DNA of 64,000 bases, from positions 8,758 through 72,757 of the forward strand of contig JBMYNT010000001.1 of assembly GCA_049598575.1 (NCBI GenBank). The letters run 5' to 3'. The position numbers and the translations under genes were made by a program. This document shows positions 62,324-64,000 of the stretch, one piece after another. How positions within the stretch are numbered: the first letter of the stretch is position 1; the number at the start of each line of letters is the position of its first letter. The notes under the pieces were generated by a model that was not told the origin of the DNA, ran no database searches, and was given only the letters and a program-made list of their open reading frames with translations. The stretch comes from Candidatus Poseidoniaceae archaeon. GTDB lineage: Archaea > Thermoplasmatota > Poseidoniia > Poseidoniales > Poseidoniaceae.

Positions 62324-63994
62324 TCAATCAGCGTGGATATCTCCGACATCGAGCCATTCAACCGTGCATTTTGCCTTAATGAGCGAGGCGATGGACGGTT
62401 GTGTTCGACCATCATCACCGTGAACGGTTTCCTTGACGTACGTTCCTGACTCACAACGGAGCGTGAATTCGACAGAGATGTTGCCTTCGTCACTGATTTC
62501 GACGCTTGCATCACGTGTTTCGATGACTTTCCGACGTCGCACAAGATCAGCTCTACGGTGTGCCACACGTTCGGGTGTTCGTTGAGCAAGATTCACGCCT
62601 TCGAGCTTCTCAATGATGTCAAGGATGGTCGTTTCATTTGGTAGAGGAAGCATTTCAACTGGCTCTGGATTGGTTGCAAGTAGGTTGGCAATCAGTTCAG
62701 CCTTCACACCCTTCTCTGAGCACTTACGCTCGATGCACAATTCGACAAGTTCCGCTTTCTTCAATTTCTTGAGGTCGTCCTCATCGAGAATCGTAATTTC
62801 GACTCGCTCGAGTGGTTTCTTTGGGTTGTCTTTCTTGTCCCCTCTACGACGATGTTTGCGACGACCTCGTCCGCGTTGTTGGACGTCTTCTTTTGTCAAA
62901 TCCAGCGGTGCAGTAAGCACGTCAAGTTCTGGTTTGGAGAGTGGTTCAACAAGGAAACGAATCGTGTAGGATTTCTCAGCCGGCGTATCCTTGACGCGCA
63001 CAACTTCGCTACGATTGGATCGGCGTACATCGGTGATTTCAATCGAGCCTTTGGCACGTTCATTGACGGCCTTCATCGCTGACTCGTAATCGATGTCCCA
63101 TCGCTTTGGTTCTTTAATTTCTAGAACGAAGGGTCGTCCTCTACCAAGGCATCGAACGTCGATGTCTTCTCGGCCCATTCCGTGGAAGGCATGTTCACGA
63201 CCTTCGAACAATTCGATGATTGGGTTGCCGATGAGATCTTGAACGCTTGAAGGGTATTGTTGCCCAGTATCGTTGCACTTGGCACAACCCCGTCCCTTGC
63301 AAGCACGACAAGGCCAGCGTGTTTGTGGAATGCCGCGTTCGTGTTTCTTGTAACGCCCATAGATGTAAGCACTGCGAACATCGAGTGTAACGGTGAGGGT
63401 CAGAACATCAATCAGCGCCAAGATATCGGGTTTGTCGTTGACGATCGACACGCCCTCGAGTCGTTCGTTCAATCTCTCAGAGATTAAACCAACAAGGGAC
63501 GGTTTCAATCCATCGGAACCACCGGCAGCGTATTGCTTTCGAATCCCCTCCTCATGCTCAATTTGATCCTTTGGAAATCGAGCACCGATTTGCAACTTCT
63601 GGATATTGTATCCTGCTAAGGCGTCTTCGATAACATCTGCAAGGAGGTCGACTTCTTCAAACAAGTTCTCACAGAATGGACACAATGGAATCTCTTGACG
63701 AATGTTCAAGAGACGCTGATTTCCTTCGCTGATCGATTCTCGAATCTGTTGACCCGATGCCTCGTTGCTTTGTTGGAAGGAGCGCTTACCACCCAATCGA
63801 CCAAGACATGGGTCACAGGTTCCCATTCGAAGCAAGTGCTTCAGTCCAGCAGGCGATGGTGCACGTGGGATTTCCTCGGTATGCTCTTCCAACTGTTCAG
63901 GTTCTTCCAGCTGTTCAGGTTCTTCCTTCGTTTCTTCAACATCGTCCCAAAGGGAGTAATCGGTTGAACCGAAGCCAGAATTAGCGTACTTCAT
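62324..63994 (-). CDS. pus10: tRNA pseudouridine synthase Pus10 with acidic N-terminal extension and internal SAP-like motif
   Basis: Zn ribbon (CDPC...CPFC, CRACKGRGCAKC) and catalytic motif GREDIDVRCLGRGRPFVLEI. An extra basic segment plus SAP-like motif (about residues 372-445) brings the length to 556 aa. The N-terminus abuts the window edge. Confidence 0.8.
   Translation of the reverse strand: MKYANSGFGSTDYSLWDDVEETKEEPEQLEEPEQLEEHTEEIPRAPSPAGLKHLLRMGTCDPCLGRLGGKRSFQQSNEASGQQIRESISEGNQRLLNIRQEIPLCPFCENLFEEVDLLADVIEDALAGYNIQKLQIGARFPKDQIEHEEGIRKQYAAGGSDGLKPSLVGLISERLNERLEGVSIVNDKPDILALIDVLTLTVTLDVRSAYIYGRYKKHERGIPQTRWPCRACKGRGCAKCNDTGQQYPSSVQDLIGNPIIELFEGREHAFHGMGREDIDVRCLGRGRPFVLEIKEPKRWDIDYESAMKAVNERAKGSIEITDVRRSNRSEVVRVKDTPAEKSYTIRFLVEPLSKPELDVLTAPLDLTKEDVQQRGRGRRKHRRRGDKKDNPKKPLERVEITILDEDDLKKLKKAELVELCIERKCSEKGVKAELIANLLATNPEPVEMLPLPNETTILDIIEKLEGVNLAQRTPERVAHRRADLVRRRKVIETRDASVEISDEGNISVEFTLRCESGTYVKETVHGDDGRTQPSIASLIKAKCTVEWLDVGDIHAD
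62678..62773 (-). other. SAP-like helix-turn-helix motif inside Pus10
   Basis: LKKLKKAELVELCIERKCSEKGVKAELIANLL matches the SAP consensus L..L.V.EL...L..RGL...G.K..LI.RL. Confidence 0.5.
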
Positions 63995-64000
63995 CCAATC

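Noticed and set aside
1-64000. Assignment of the host genus (for example Haloquadratum-like because of about 50% GC and a giant surface protein)
   Set aside because: Composition and acidic proteome fit a low-GC haloarchaeon, but nothing in the window is diagnostic. Left as an open inference rather than a call.

Overview
This 64 kb window looks like a densely coded chromosomal segment (about 59 CDS and 2 tRNAs, roughly 50% GC by eye) from a halophilic archaeon. The evidence is strongly acidic predicted proteins together with archaeal informational genes: RadA, FtsZ, ribosomal L21e, RNA polymerase subunit F/Rpo4, Pus10, archaeal-type PGK, a DUF655 protein and KsgA in the conserved L21e-rpoF-DUF655-ksgA order. 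I found no CRISPR array, integrase, transposase or rRNA. Housekeeping and metabolic content includes pyruvate kinase, NADP-malic enzyme (MaeB type), isocitrate dehydrogenase, PGK, PABA synthesis (fused PabB-PabA plus PabC), proline iminopeptidase, PSD-like decarboxylase, a CDP-alcohol phosphatidyltransferase, PduO-type adenosyltransferase, a Ca2+/H+ exchanger, ExoVII (XseAB), RlmH, an amidohydrolase and a DNA methyltransferase. The stretches that deserve a second look are: (i) a 1129-aa cytoplasmic protein with a long helical-repeat body and a split C-terminal PIN nuclease domain; (ii) a polytopic membrane protein ending in two canonical EF-hand loops, co-encoded with a small membrane protein; (iii) two large type-I surface proteins (2760 aa and 1101 aa), each with a signal peptide, Fn3-like tandem modules, a C-terminal TM anchor and a peculiar cytoplasmic tail (PPPPP tail in one; poly-Asp then poly-basic tail in the other), the larger one also carrying about 20 Reg_prop-like beta-propeller blades; (iv) a Pus10 with an embedded SAP-like DNA-binding motif; (v) a 262-aa protein that looks like a tandem histone-fold doublet; (vi) bacterial-type genes (xseAB, rlmH) in an archaeal background. 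All functional calls are from reading the translations; no database search was run.
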